A program made the translations under genes and the position numbers. Positions 1-7,942 of a stretch of DNA of 47,128 nt are shown in pieces. Source of the DNA: Candidatus Altiarchaeota archaeon (GTDB lineage: Archaea; Altiarchaeota; Altiarchaeia; IMC4; SCGC-AAA252-I15); contig JAZDMS010000013.1 of assembly GCA_043800705.1 (NCBI GenBank), forward strand, positions 1-47,128, in the 5' to 3' direction. The number at the start of each line of letters is the position of its first letter. Position 1 is the stretch's first letter. The notes below the pieces were generated by a model. It was not told where the DNA came from and searched no databases. It worked only from the letters and a program-made list of their open reading frames with translations.

Positions 1-503
1 TTGTTTTTGGGTTGTTGAAGACTTTTCGCAGGTGATAGGTCATTGTGGGTAGGGTGTGTAGTAGTCTGTTTCCGATTTTTCTCCTTGCTGGTTTCCAGCA
101 AGGTTCGACAGGGTTGAGTTCTGGGGCGTATTTTGGGAAGCGAAGTATTACGAGGGTTTTTGTATGTCTTGCTTTGAATCCCTCCAAGATTTTCCCTTTG
201 TGCCAGGGTGCGTTATCTACGAAGAGGCATACTCTTCCCCAGCGTTTCAGGAGTTTATCAAGGAATTTGACGTAGGTTCTCTGATTTGTCTTTGTGGAGA
301 ACTGTGCAACAAACGTTTTGGTGCTTCGCGCACCAAAGACGTGGATTCGATCGTATTTGTAGTCCAGTTTGGCGGTGGGTTGTGAGCCTTTCTTTGCCCA
401 ACCGCGCACTACTGTTGGTAGAAGTCCGAATGTGGCTTCGTCCTCTGCTGCAATCACGAATCCTTTCTTGCGCTGAGTTTTCGCCAATTGTGCAGCCTTT
501 TTT
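1..503 (-). CDS. IS630 transposase OrfB (DDE domain), reached by -1 frameshift, partial
   Basis: Manual translation of the -1 frame after TTT AAA AAA AG gives AEDEATFG...LFVDNAPWHK...FPKYAPELNPVEPCWK (DDE triad), open to the window edge. Confidence 0.88.
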
Positions 504-1005
504 TAAAATAGCGTATTTTCGCCTTATTTGGGGCTTGGTAGTTGCGTGGTCTCGGGGTTTGCAGGGAGAACCCTACCCCTATTAAAAGTTCCCAAACATG
601 TTGGTGCGCATATGATACGCCGTATTTTTTGCGGATGAGATCCTGGACTTCCTTTGTTGTCCACAGCCCGGAGGGGTTATTTGGCGGTCCTCTTTCGAGT
701 GTTCGCATGAGTTGTTTCTGTTGGGCTACTGTGAGGCGTGACGGTCTCCCATCTTGCTTGATGCTGTCCTTGCCTTCTATCCCTCTGTCCATGAAACGCC
801 GGAGAGTTTCATGGACTGTCCGGCGTTTCATTCGGGTTTTATCGACAATGTCGTCAAGACTTTTTCCTTCCTTGCGGTGTATGGCGCACAGAAGCCGTAT
901 TTTGGGCTTGACTTTAGGCTCGTTGTTGTACAATCCTCTAAGATGTCCGATACTCGTTTTGGGGAGGAAATCCTCCCCTTTCGGCAGACTCCACATAAAA
1001 CTCAC
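454..1005 (-). CDS. IS630 transposase OrfA (winged HTH domains)
   Basis: GRPSRLT, WTTKEVQDLIRKKYGVSY and GFSLQTPRP motifs typical of the IS630 N-terminus. Confidence 0.9.
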   Translation of the reverse strand: MSFMWSLPKGEDFLPKTSIGHLRGLYNNEPKVKPKIRLLCAIHRKEGKSLDDIVDKTRMKRRTVHETLRRFMDRGIEGKDSIKQDGRPSRLTVAQQKQLMRTLERGPPNNPSGLWTTKEVQDLIRKKYGVSYAHQHVWELLIGVGFSLQTPRPRNYQAPNKAKIRYFKKRLHNWRKLSARKDS

Positions 1006-1061
1006 CGAAACAATATAAGAATAGAAGAATAAAAGTTCAAAAATTAATCTGATGCACTATA

Positions 1062-1114
1062 AGAGGCTCCAGGTGCGGTTTTCTGAAAAACTGCGTTTAC
1101 CCATCATGTTATAT
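1062..1114 (+). repeat. attC-like site 1, right arm only (left arm interrupted by IS630)
   Basis: AACTGCGTTTACCCATCATGTTATAT matches the right arms at 1868-1893 and 2581-2606; GTT at 1108. Confidence 0.65.
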
Positions 1115-1164
1115 TCAATCGCGAGGGGGCAAATGATATTTTATCCCAAATCCATGTTTATTAT

Positions 1165-1698
1165 ATGCTTAAGATTTTTCAAAGAAGTAGGCCACTTATC
1201 GTTCATCTAGGCAATGTGGGCGAGATAGGCGATCCATCAACGATCCCAGATATTTTCCCCTGTAGGGAAACATTTAGACAGGCTAGAGCAGATCTGAAAT
1301 GTGATTTCTTGGGTATTGATTTGAAAGAGTTCCATGTTCATCCAGAAAACGCTAATTGGCGTCAAATCCAGGCAGATTTTATTGAAGGATTAGAAACAGG
1401 AGTTAAGGATAATGGAGCAGATGGCATAGATGCCCAGATGGCAGTAACATACCCTGGGATAGACAGAAAAAAGTTGTTTGATGTTATCCGAAGAAAACTT
1501 AAACCAGGTAAACAATTTACCTTTTCTGTGAGAGAAGAGTATACAGATTCTATTCAACAAGAACTACTAGCGGCAGGCTTTAGTCAAGGCAATATTACCA
1601 TTGAACCGTTCGAGGAAGCTGAGTATAGTAGAACTCAGGCAACTCAAAGGGCAAAAGCTGAGGGCGTAAATCTAATCGATGTGATTGCCAAAAAGTAA
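1165..1698 (+). CDS. Cassette ORF, degenerate class I SAM-dependent methyltransferase-like fold
   Basis: VHLGNVG / FLGIDL / IQADF / RKLKPGKQFTF follow the Rossmann MTase motif order; AT-richer than host genes. Confidence 0.55.
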   Translation: MLKIFQRSRPLIVHLGNVGEIGDPSTIPDIFPCRETFRQARADLKCDFLGIDLKEFHVHPENANWRQIQADFIEGLETGVKDNGADGIDAQMAVTYPGIDRKKLFDVIRRKLKPGKQFTFSVREEYTDSIQQELLAAGFSQGNITIEPFEEAEYSRTQATQRAKAEGVNLIDVIAKK

Positions 1699-1770
1699 AA
1701 GGATGAACTAAATGCGCCCCCTCGCGACTCTTCGTCGGCTTCGCCGCCTCGTCCTCGCTTCGCTCGGAGA

Positions 1771-1893
1771 ATATAACCCGTGGCTAAACGAGCGTATTCT
1801 GCCCCCTGCTGGGGGTTCTTTGCACCCCCAATTCCTGCCATAGTCACTAAATGACGCTCAATCCAGGAACTGCGTTTAGCCACCATGTTATGC
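1771..1893 (+). repeat. attC-like site 2 (123 bp)
   Basis: ATATAAC-CC-GTGGCTAAACG ... CGTTTAGCCAC-CAT-GTTATGC: AAC/GTT ends, 11-bp perfect inner arm, 2x3 internal loop. Confidence 0.8.
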
Positions 1894-1918
1894 GCAATTT
1901 CCGCAGGGAAATACTTCT

Positions 1919-2200
1919 TTAGATCTCTTGATAATCTTTTCCACGATGGAATATTAGAGTTACAAACACTTTCTTTTTTTCAATTCCATACACTGCCCTA
2001 TAATCTCCAACTCGTAGCCGATATGCATGGTCTCTATCCTTAGTGCCAGTCAGTTTTAGTATATCTGCTTTTGGTCGTGGAGTAAAAGGGTCGTCTTCCA
2101 ACTCGGATAATCCATTTTTTATTCTATCCCGTACGGGTTCGGGTAATTTATCGAGGTAAGCTCGAGCTTTTCGATGAACTAACACCTCGAAATTCATCAC
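1919..2200 (-). CDS. RelE/ParE family type II toxin
   Basis: YRLRVGDYRAVY and IFHRGKDY motifs; 93 aa; overlaps the antitoxin stop (GTGA). Confidence 0.92.
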   Translation of the reverse strand: MMNFEVLVHRKARAYLDKLPEPVRDRIKNGLSELEDDPFTPRPKADILKLTGTKDRDHAYRLRVGDYRAVYGIEKKKVFVTLIFHRGKDYQEI

Positions 2201-2388
2201 AAATCACTTAATGGTACGAATTGATCCTTCTCATTTAGCCTTTGATAATGAGTTTCCATAATTTGGGCATGGTCAGCTATTGTTAATAGCTTCCGTATTA
2301 ACATGTCGTAGCTTTCTCCCTTCGTGCCGTAAGATTTCAATATTTCCCTCGTTTCTTTGTGGACCGGAATCATCGCGTAGCTTGCCAT
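2197..2388 (-). CDS. Antitoxin (archaeal RHH-like), start reassigned to ATG 2388
   Basis: MASYAMIPVHKETREILKSYGTKGESYDMLIRKLL; 63 aa directly upstream of relE; sequence further upstream is an AT-rich promoter. Confidence 0.8.
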   Translation of the reverse strand: MASYAMIPVHKETREILKSYGTKGESYDMLIRKLLTIADHAQIMETHYQRLNEKDQFVPLSDL

Positions 2389-2411
2389 AGATATCCCATT
2401 AATTATAATGA

Positions 2412-2427
2412 TTATAACCGTTATAAA
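2412..2427 (-). promoter_or_regulatory. TATA box overlapping a palindromic operator of the TA operon
   Basis: TTATAAC-C-GTTATAA palindrome at 2412-2426; TTTATAA on the minus strand about 33 nt upstream of the antitoxin ATG. Confidence 0.55.
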
Positions 2428-2483
2428 TATTATAGTTTCCCTGCGCAAACTTCCTCGCTACGGCTCGGACCGCTGCGGCGGGC

Positions 2484-2606
2484 GTATAAAAGGCGGCTAA
2501 GCGGGCGTTCGTGGTTCCTTGCCGGGTACGCGGCGCCCCAAATTCCCGCCAAAAGGGGGTCATAGTCAGTCCTTCGCGGGAACTTCGCTTACCCGCGATG
2601 TTATCC
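2484..2606 (+). repeat. attC-like site 3 (123 bp; left core AAA instead of AAC)
   Basis: GTATAAA-AG-GCGGCTAAGCG ... CGCTTACCCGC-GAT-GTTATCC; same length and geometry as site 2; shares AATTCCYGCCA, CATAGTCA and GGAACT. Confidence 0.72.
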
Positions 2607-2663
2607 GACATGCCCGCCGAGCCTTTAACTTGATTAATATTTTCAGCCTTCTAGTCATTATTT

Positions 2664-3683
2664 ATGGCTGGACCCAGCCCAGGTGAAGTTCCACGCGAAG
2701 ACGGATTAAATCGTGATTTAGCGGGAAAAACTCCTCAGATGATGACTACCTTTGCCGAAGTGAGAAAAGGGTGGGGCGCCATCCATAAAGCTGGAATTCG
2801 TCTTTTAGCTTCCGACGGGAGCGAAAAAAATAGTGAGATAGCAGATACTATGATTGAGCCAAATGCTGATAAATTCAACCTTTTGATGAGGCAATTAGGC
2901 TGCGATGATCTCGTTATGACTCGTCTTATAGCTGATGCAGCAAAGGTTGCTAAACCAAGCGATTCGAATAGATATTCTGAGAGACTATTATATTTGGGGG
3001 GATTATTTGATGGGGCAAGGAGGATAGCTGTGAAAATTGGAAATGACCCGTATACTGGCTTACCTGAGCCTCAAAGATTAAAAATAGCCGGACATTTGTT
3101 CAGACCCCCTGAGGAAAGGACATTGACGTGGAATGAACGGGTTGGGATAATGTACCCAAAGATGGCTCTTGACGTATTGGATGGGACTTGTAACCCGGAG
3201 GAGATTTATGAGGTTAGTGGGAGAGGATTGGGCAGAATTGTTAGAACTGTCATTGAGGCAGGACCATTGAATCCATCCCCAAAAGGATTCGCAGTTGATG
3301 AGGCCTGGAAGGCCAAAGGCTGGGGGGATTTTGTGGATATGATGCCGATTCCCGAGGATCTGGAAGACATACGCAAAACACAAAAGGAAAAACGGCAATA
3401 CAAACCTCTTGAAAAGCATGAAGAATCCTTCAAAGGTTATTTACCCCACTATAATTGCCCGGAGGCAATTGAATACATTATACGGGACGTAGTCAACTAT
3501 ATGAGTACTGGACTTCCCCAAGAAAAAGAAGAACGGAATTTGGATAAAATCGTTGGTGAAGCGCTAAAAGTAATGCCTCATAGAAAAAGACTCGAGGAAC
3601 TAGACTATTTCCATGAGAAAAAGACTGAAGGAGAAAGACATAACATGCTCCAAAACATATTCGAAGGAAGGGCTTTATTCTAA
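2664..3683 (+). CDS. Hypothetical protein (cassette 3 cargo, 339 aa)
   Basis: Long AT-richer ORF with no recognised motif, framed by a 15-bp inverted repeat. Confidence 0.75.
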   Translation: MAGPSPGEVPREDGLNRDLAGKTPQMMTTFAEVRKGWGAIHKAGIRLLASDGSEKNSEIADTMIEPNADKFNLLMRQLGCDDLVMTRLIADAAKVAKPSDSNRYSERLLYLGGLFDGARRIAVKIGNDPYTGLPEPQRLKIAGHLFRPPEERTLTWNERVGIMYPKMALDVLDGTCNPEEIYEVSGRGLGRIVRTVIEAGPLNPSPKGFAVDEAWKAKGWGDFVDMMPIPEDLEDIRKTQKEKRQYKPLEKHEESFKGYLPHYNCPEAIEYIIRDVVNYMSTGLPQEKEERNLDKIVGEALKVMPHRKRLEELDYFHEKKTEGERHNMLQNIFEGRALF

Positions 3684-3835
3684 CAAAATTGCCGGCTCGG
3701 CGGGCATGCTCCTTCGCTTCGCTCAGTCGACCCATAAAATGTAAGCACACAGCAAAAAGAAAAAGTCCTAAGGAACGCGGCTAGACTGGGATTCTCTGTT
3801 GTTGGGGGGGTTCTGTATGTTCGTCTTTGTCTGAG

Positions 3836-3875
3836 GAAAAAACGCTGTTGGTAGGCGTTTTTTGAGGCGCCTACC
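3836..3875 (-). terminator. Hairpin/T-rich terminator region downstream of the thermosome gene
   Basis: GGTAGGCG...CGCCTACC and AAAAAACGC...GCGTTTTTT overlapping inverted repeats just past the stop codon. Confidence 0.4.
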
Positions 3876-3887
3876 GTATAGGGGTTT

Positions 3888-5534
3888 TTACATCATTCCG
3901 CCCATGCCGCCCATTCCTCCGGGTGGCATTCCTCCGGGTGGCATTCCTCCGCCGCCGGATTTTTTGGTGGCGATGACGTCGTCTATCCTCAGGATCATCT
4001 CCGCTGCCTCTGATGCGCTTTGTACTGCCTGGGTCTTGATCTTCAAGGGTTCGATGACGCCTTTTTTCCACATGTCTTCGACGGAGGCTTCTTCGACGTT
4101 GACTCCGTAGTCTTGTCCGTTTTTGGTCTCGTGCTTCTGCCGGAGTTTCACGAGGGTGTCGATGGCGTCCATGCCTGCGGATTCGGCCAACGTCCGGGGT
4201 ATTATTTCGATGGCGTCTGCGAAGGCGTTGACTGCGAGTTGTTCGCGGCCGCCCACTGAGTCCGCGTATTTCCTTAGTTTCTGTGCGACTTCGGCTTCTG
4301 GTGCGCCGCCGCCTGCCATTATGTAGCCGACTTCGACCGCGGCTGCGACGCCTCCGAGGGCGTCGTTGAGTGCGCGTTCTACTTCGTCGATGACGTGTTC
4401 GGTGCCGCCGCGTACGAAGATGCTGACTGCTTTGGGGTTCTTGCATCCGCGGACGAATGTCATCTGGTCGCCTGCGACTTTGATTTCTTCGACGAGTTTG
4501 GCCTGGCCTAGGTCGTCTTTGCTTAGGTCTTTTAGGTTGGTTATTATCTTGGCGCCTGTGGCTTTGGCCATCTTTTCCATGTCGGATTTTTTGACCCTTC
4601 TTGCGGCGAATATGCCGGCTTTGTTGAGGAAGTGCTGTGCGAGGTCGTCTATGCCTTTCTGGCAGAAGAGGACGTTGGCGCCTGTGGCTGTGACGGAGTC
4701 GACCATCTGTTTGAGCATCTTCTCTTCCTGTGCTACGAAGGCTTCCAGCTGTTGCGGGCTTGTGATGGATATCTCGGCGTCTGTTTCGGTCTCTTTGACT
4801 TCGATGGCGACGTCGAGGAGCACTATCTTGGCGTTTTCGACCTTTTTGGGCATGCCGGAGTGTGAGCGTTCCTTGTCGATTATGATGCCTTCGATGAGTT
4901 CTGTGTCTTCGATGCTGCCGCCTTTCTTCTTTTCGACCTGGATGTTGTCGAGGTCTACGTCGACGCCTTCTTCGAGGGCTGCGACCTGCTTGACGGCTTT
5001 GACTGTCAGCTTTGCTAGCTTGTTTTTGTGCGATTCGACGCCTTTGCCTGTCATCGAGGTGATGGCTATCTCCTCGAGTAGCTTGGTGTCTTCGAGCGTT
5101 ACCTTCTTTGATGTCTCCTTCAGTATCTCCTGGGTCTTGTCCGCTGCAAGCTTGTATCCGCGCGCTATCAGCGTCGGGTGTATGCCCTGGTCGAGGAGTC
5201 CTTCGGCTTTCGCCAGGAGTTCGCCGACGAGTATTACTGCGGTCGTCGTTCCGTCTCCGACTTCCTTGTCCTGCGTCTTGGCTACTTCGATGACCATCTT
5301 CGCCGCGGGGTGTTCGACGTTCATCTCCTCGACGATTGTGGCTCCGTCGTTTGTGATGACGATGTCTCCTAGGTCGTCTACGAGCATCTTGTCCATTCCG
5401 CGCGGTCCGAGTGTGCTTCTTACGGCCTCTGCGACGGCTTTTGCCGCCATGATGTTGTTTCGTTGGGCGTCTCTGCCTGTGGTCCTTAGCGCCCCTTCGG
5501 GCAGTATAAATATCTGCGGTTGCTGTTGTGCCAT
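3888..5534 (-). CDS. ths: Thermosome subunit (group II chaperonin)
   Basis: [24 protein letters not shown] motifs; C-terminal GGMPP repeats; SD GAGGTGA. Confidence 0.98.
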   Translation of the reverse strand: MAQQQPQIFILPEGALRTTGRDAQRNNIMAAKAVAEAVRSTLGPRGMDKMLVDDLGDIVITNDGATIVEEMNVEHPAAKMVIEVAKTQDKEVGDGTTTAVILVGELLAKAEGLLDQGIHPTLIARGYKLAADKTQEILKETSKKVTLEDTKLLEEIAITSMTGKGVESHKNKLAKLTVKAVKQVAALEEGVDVDLDNIQVEKKKGGSIEDTELIEGIIIDKERSHSGMPKKVENAKIVLLDVAIEVKETETDAEISITSPQQLEAFVAQEEKMLKQMVDSVTATGANVLFCQKGIDDLAQHFLNKAGIFAARRVKKSDMEKMAKATGAKIITNLKDLSKDDLGQAKLVEEIKVAGDQMTFVRGCKNPKAVSIFVRGGTEHVIDEVERALNDALGGVAAAVEVGYIMAGGGAPEAEVAQKLRKYADSVGGREQLAVNAFADAIEIIPRTLAESAGMDAIDTLVKLRQKHETKNGQDYGVNVEEASVEDMWKKGVIEPLKIKTQAVQSASEAAEMILRIDDVIATKKSGGGGMPPGGMPPGGMGGMGGMM

Positions 5535-5609
5535 GCTGTCATCACCTCAAAAATGAGATATTCTATAGGTTTGTTTGTGTATAAAAGTGGTTTTTCCCTT
5601 TATCCTATC

Positions 5610-6548
5610 GTGGAGCGTGAGGTTGGGGGTTCGGAGCGCCGTGGCGGTCGTGAGTTTTCTTGGATTGCGCCGTGGAAACTCTTTTTTGGTAGGGAAAGAA
5701 CTGAGCCTGCTGATTTGGCCTGTTCTGAGGGATTGGTTTCCGCTGTGGGGGCGCTGACTCAGGGGAAGGATGCGTCGGAGTGTAGGGGTGTTTCCTTTGA
5801 TTTGGCAAGGCATCTTTTAAGCGATCATTGGGGGCACGCTTTCAGCTATAGGATTTCGGAGGGCATGTTTAATATCAACCATTTGGTCGGCTGTTATCAG
5901 AGGGTGATGAGGGTCTATGGGGAGGCGTTGGTTATCGCATCCGCATTCGATGAGTCCTATAAGAGGTTTATGCGGCCTTCGGTTTATGATCCCAGGGAGT
6001 ATTTCAACGACGGCCGGAGGAATATGAACCGTTTGGCTGGTTTTTTTAGGAGCGAAGGGACTGTGTCGGCTTTTGTTGAGGCTTTTAAGTCCGAGCCCAA
6101 GGGTAGCGAGCCGTGGTTCGTCGACAGCCAGTTTGCGATTTTGGATGTGATAGATGGTGTCGAGTTCAGGGATTCCAGTATCCTAGCCGGCGTAGTCTCT
6201 GAGATGAAGAGGATGAGGGTCCAGTCAAGTGAGTGGAACAGACTTGTTTGTGCAAGGTTCGATAGGGTGGTGTCTAACCTGGGTGAGAGGGGTGTTGTGG
6301 GCGGGAAAACGTCTGCGGAGAGGTTGGTGGAGGAGTTTGAGGGCTCACGGGAGCTCAGGCCTGAGAGGACGAGGCTCTATAAGACTGTGAGTAAGGTCAG
6401 GAGGAGGGGTTATGGGATTGTCGACCTTGGGGCGGGCCCTGACCCCATTGACCTGGCGGAAGGATTTAAGTTTGGGTCTGAGGAGTATTGGAGGGTCCTT
6501 AATGCCGGATTGCGGAAGACAAGGATCGACTATAGGAGGGGGTATTGA
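5610..6548 (+). CDS. Hypothetical protein (likely GTG start 5610)
   Basis: Long ORF filling the ths-hsp20 gap; TATAAAA about 25 nt upstream of the GTG. Confidence 0.6.
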   Translation: MEREVGGSERRGGREFSWIAPWKLFFGRERTEPADLACSEGLVSAVGALTQGKDASECRGVSFDLARHLLSDHWGHAFSYRISEGMFNINHLVGCYQRVMRVYGEALVIASAFDESYKRFMRPSVYDPREYFNDGRRNMNRLAGFFRSEGTVSAFVEAFKSEPKGSEPWFVDSQFAILDVIDGVEFRDSSILAGVVSEMKRMRVQSSEWNRLVCARFDRVVSNLGERGVVGGKTSAERLVEEFEGSRELRPERTRLYKTVSKVRRRGYGIVDLGAGPDPIDLAEGFKFGSEEYWRVLNAGLRKTRIDYRRGY

Positions 6549-6555
6549 TCCGGTT

Positions 6556-7026
6556 TTACTGTATTTGTACTCGTCTTCCTGCGGGTGCGTCGTCGGCCCT
6601 TTTGAGGGTGACTTCGAGGACTCCGTTGTTGTATTTCGCTATGGCGGTTTCGGGCTTTACCTTAGCGGAGAGCCTGACGTCTTTGACGAATTTCCTGAAT
6701 GGTGTGTCGACTTTGATGTAGACGCTTTCGGGGGTGGTGCGCAGGTCGATGTCCTCTTTGCCGATGCCCGGGAGCTCTATGACGACGGCGACGGAGTCGT
6801 ATTTTTCGATGACGTCGGTGACGGGTTCCATGTATCCTGCGATGCCGAAGGGGGATACGTTGCCGAACTCTTCGGCCACCGGCCGTCCTTCTCCCGTGAA
6901 TCTCATGGTGAATCCGTAGACGAGGGGCGCCTGGTATTCCTGGCATCGGCCCTTCGACCTTGCCTCTTCGAACATCTGGCGTATCTTTGCGTGTATCTCC
7001 GAGAAGTCCCCCCCGTAGTCTATCAT
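6556..7026 (-). CDS. Small heat shock protein Hsp20
   Basis: ELPGIGKEDI, AKYNNGVLEVTL and a C-terminal VQI motif; archaeal PLVYGFTM..GRPV..EFGNV N-terminus. Confidence 0.95.
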   Translation of the reverse strand: MIDYGGDFSEIHAKIRQMFEEARSKGRCQEYQAPLVYGFTMRFTGEGRPVAEEFGNVSPFGIAGYMEPVTDVIEKYDSVAVVIELPGIGKEDIDLRTTPESVYIKVDTPFRKFVKDVRLSAKVKPETAIAKYNNGVLEVTLKRADDAPAGRRVQIQ

Positions 7027-7036
7027 CGTTTATGTA

Positions 7037-7942
7037 TTAGTCGGATAGCAATTTAAAAAGCTCCTTTGCTGTCTTTACCTGGGCCAGCTCCTCGGGGGTG
7101 AGGACGTTGACGTCGCTTTCGACCTTTCTTTCGCTTATGCAGACGGTGTATCCGTCGACTATGGCGGATATCTCCTCTAGGACGGTCAGTTTGTCGTGTA
7201 GGCGGCGCCAGTCGTTGGATACTACGCTGAAGACCCGCTCGTGGAGGCTTGCGACCAGGTCAAAGGGTGCGTTTGTGATGGAGGTGTGGAAGCCCATGTC
7301 GTCGAATTCGCGGCGGACCGTCCGTTTGAGTGAGGTTGCGGCTGTCATCCCGTCCTGCGATTCTTCGCATGATCCGTGCTGGGGGGCGTAGTCCCTGTCT
7401 GCAAGTTCGTTCCCGAAGAGCTTCTCAAGGCGTTCGAAGACGTCTAGGCTTACGCGGCCGTTGTGTTCGTACCTGTATACGGACTGCTTGGTTACGCCTA
7501 AGGTTTCGGCTAGGGTGTCCTGGGTGAGGCCCATCCGCCGGCGTGCGTGGGTCAGTTTTTTCTGGCTTATGTGGACGCAGTAGTTTCCGCGGGTCGAGTA
7601 GACGTTCGGGGGGGTGTCGTTGACGAGTTTCGAGAAGGTTGGGATGTTGGAGACGGAGACGCCGTATCTGTCATAGACGGTGCCGTCTGTGAGTTCGGAG
7701 TTCTTCATGCGCTGGGAAAGGACGTAGGGTATTCCTCCGAGGATGGCGGATACCGCCTTGAGCTGTACGACGCTTTCCCTGCTGAGGCCTTCGACGTTGG
7801 CGAGTGTCTTTATGAGGTATAGTGTTTCGTCCCTCTTGGCGAGGATGTCGAAGCTGCTCCTTGATCCGCGGCAGTCGACTACCTTGTATCCCGACTCGAG
7901 GAGTATGCGGACTGCCGAGTCCACCAGCGCCGATTTTAGCAT
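7037..7942 (-). CDS. Archaeal HTH transcriptional regulator (COG1395-like)
   Basis: SFDILAKR..IK, YSTRGNYCVHI and a cro-like HTH (GLTQDTLAETLGVTKQSVYRYE). Confidence 0.88.
   Translation of the reverse strand: MLKSALVDSAVRILLESGYKVVDCRGSRSSFDILAKRDETLYLIKTLANVEGLSRESVVQLKAVSAILGGIPYVLSQRMKNSELTDGTVYDRYGVSVSNIPTFSKLVNDTPPNVYSTRGNYCVHISQKKLTHARRRMGLTQDTLAETLGVTKQSVYRYEHNGRVSLDVFERLEKLFGNELADRDYAPQHGSCEESQDGMTAATSLKRTVRREFDDMGFHTSITNAPFDLVASLHERVFSVVSNDWRRLHDKLTVLEEISAIVDGYTVCISERKVESDVNVLTPEELAQVKTAKELFKLLSD

Larger units (their letters stand above)
1..1059 (-). mobile_element. IS630-family insertion sequence (runs off the left edge)
   Basis: OrfA (HTH) plus OrfB (DDE) joined by a slippery A-run; the element end ...GATGCACTA abuts a TA dinucleotide at 1060-1061, the usual IS630 target. 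The other IR is outside the window, so the exact end is inferred. Confidence 0.85.

Noticed and set aside
1062-2606. CRISPR array
   Set aside because: Repeats are long, imperfect and separated by whole genes; no cas genes.
3912-3950. 15-bp tandem repeat as a separate element
   Set aside because: It simply encodes the GGMPP tail of the thermosome.
3862-5556. Long antisense and alternative-frame ORFs over the thermosome (likewise over lysC, argJ, purF)
   Set aside because: Expected shadows of biased codon usage; no motifs.
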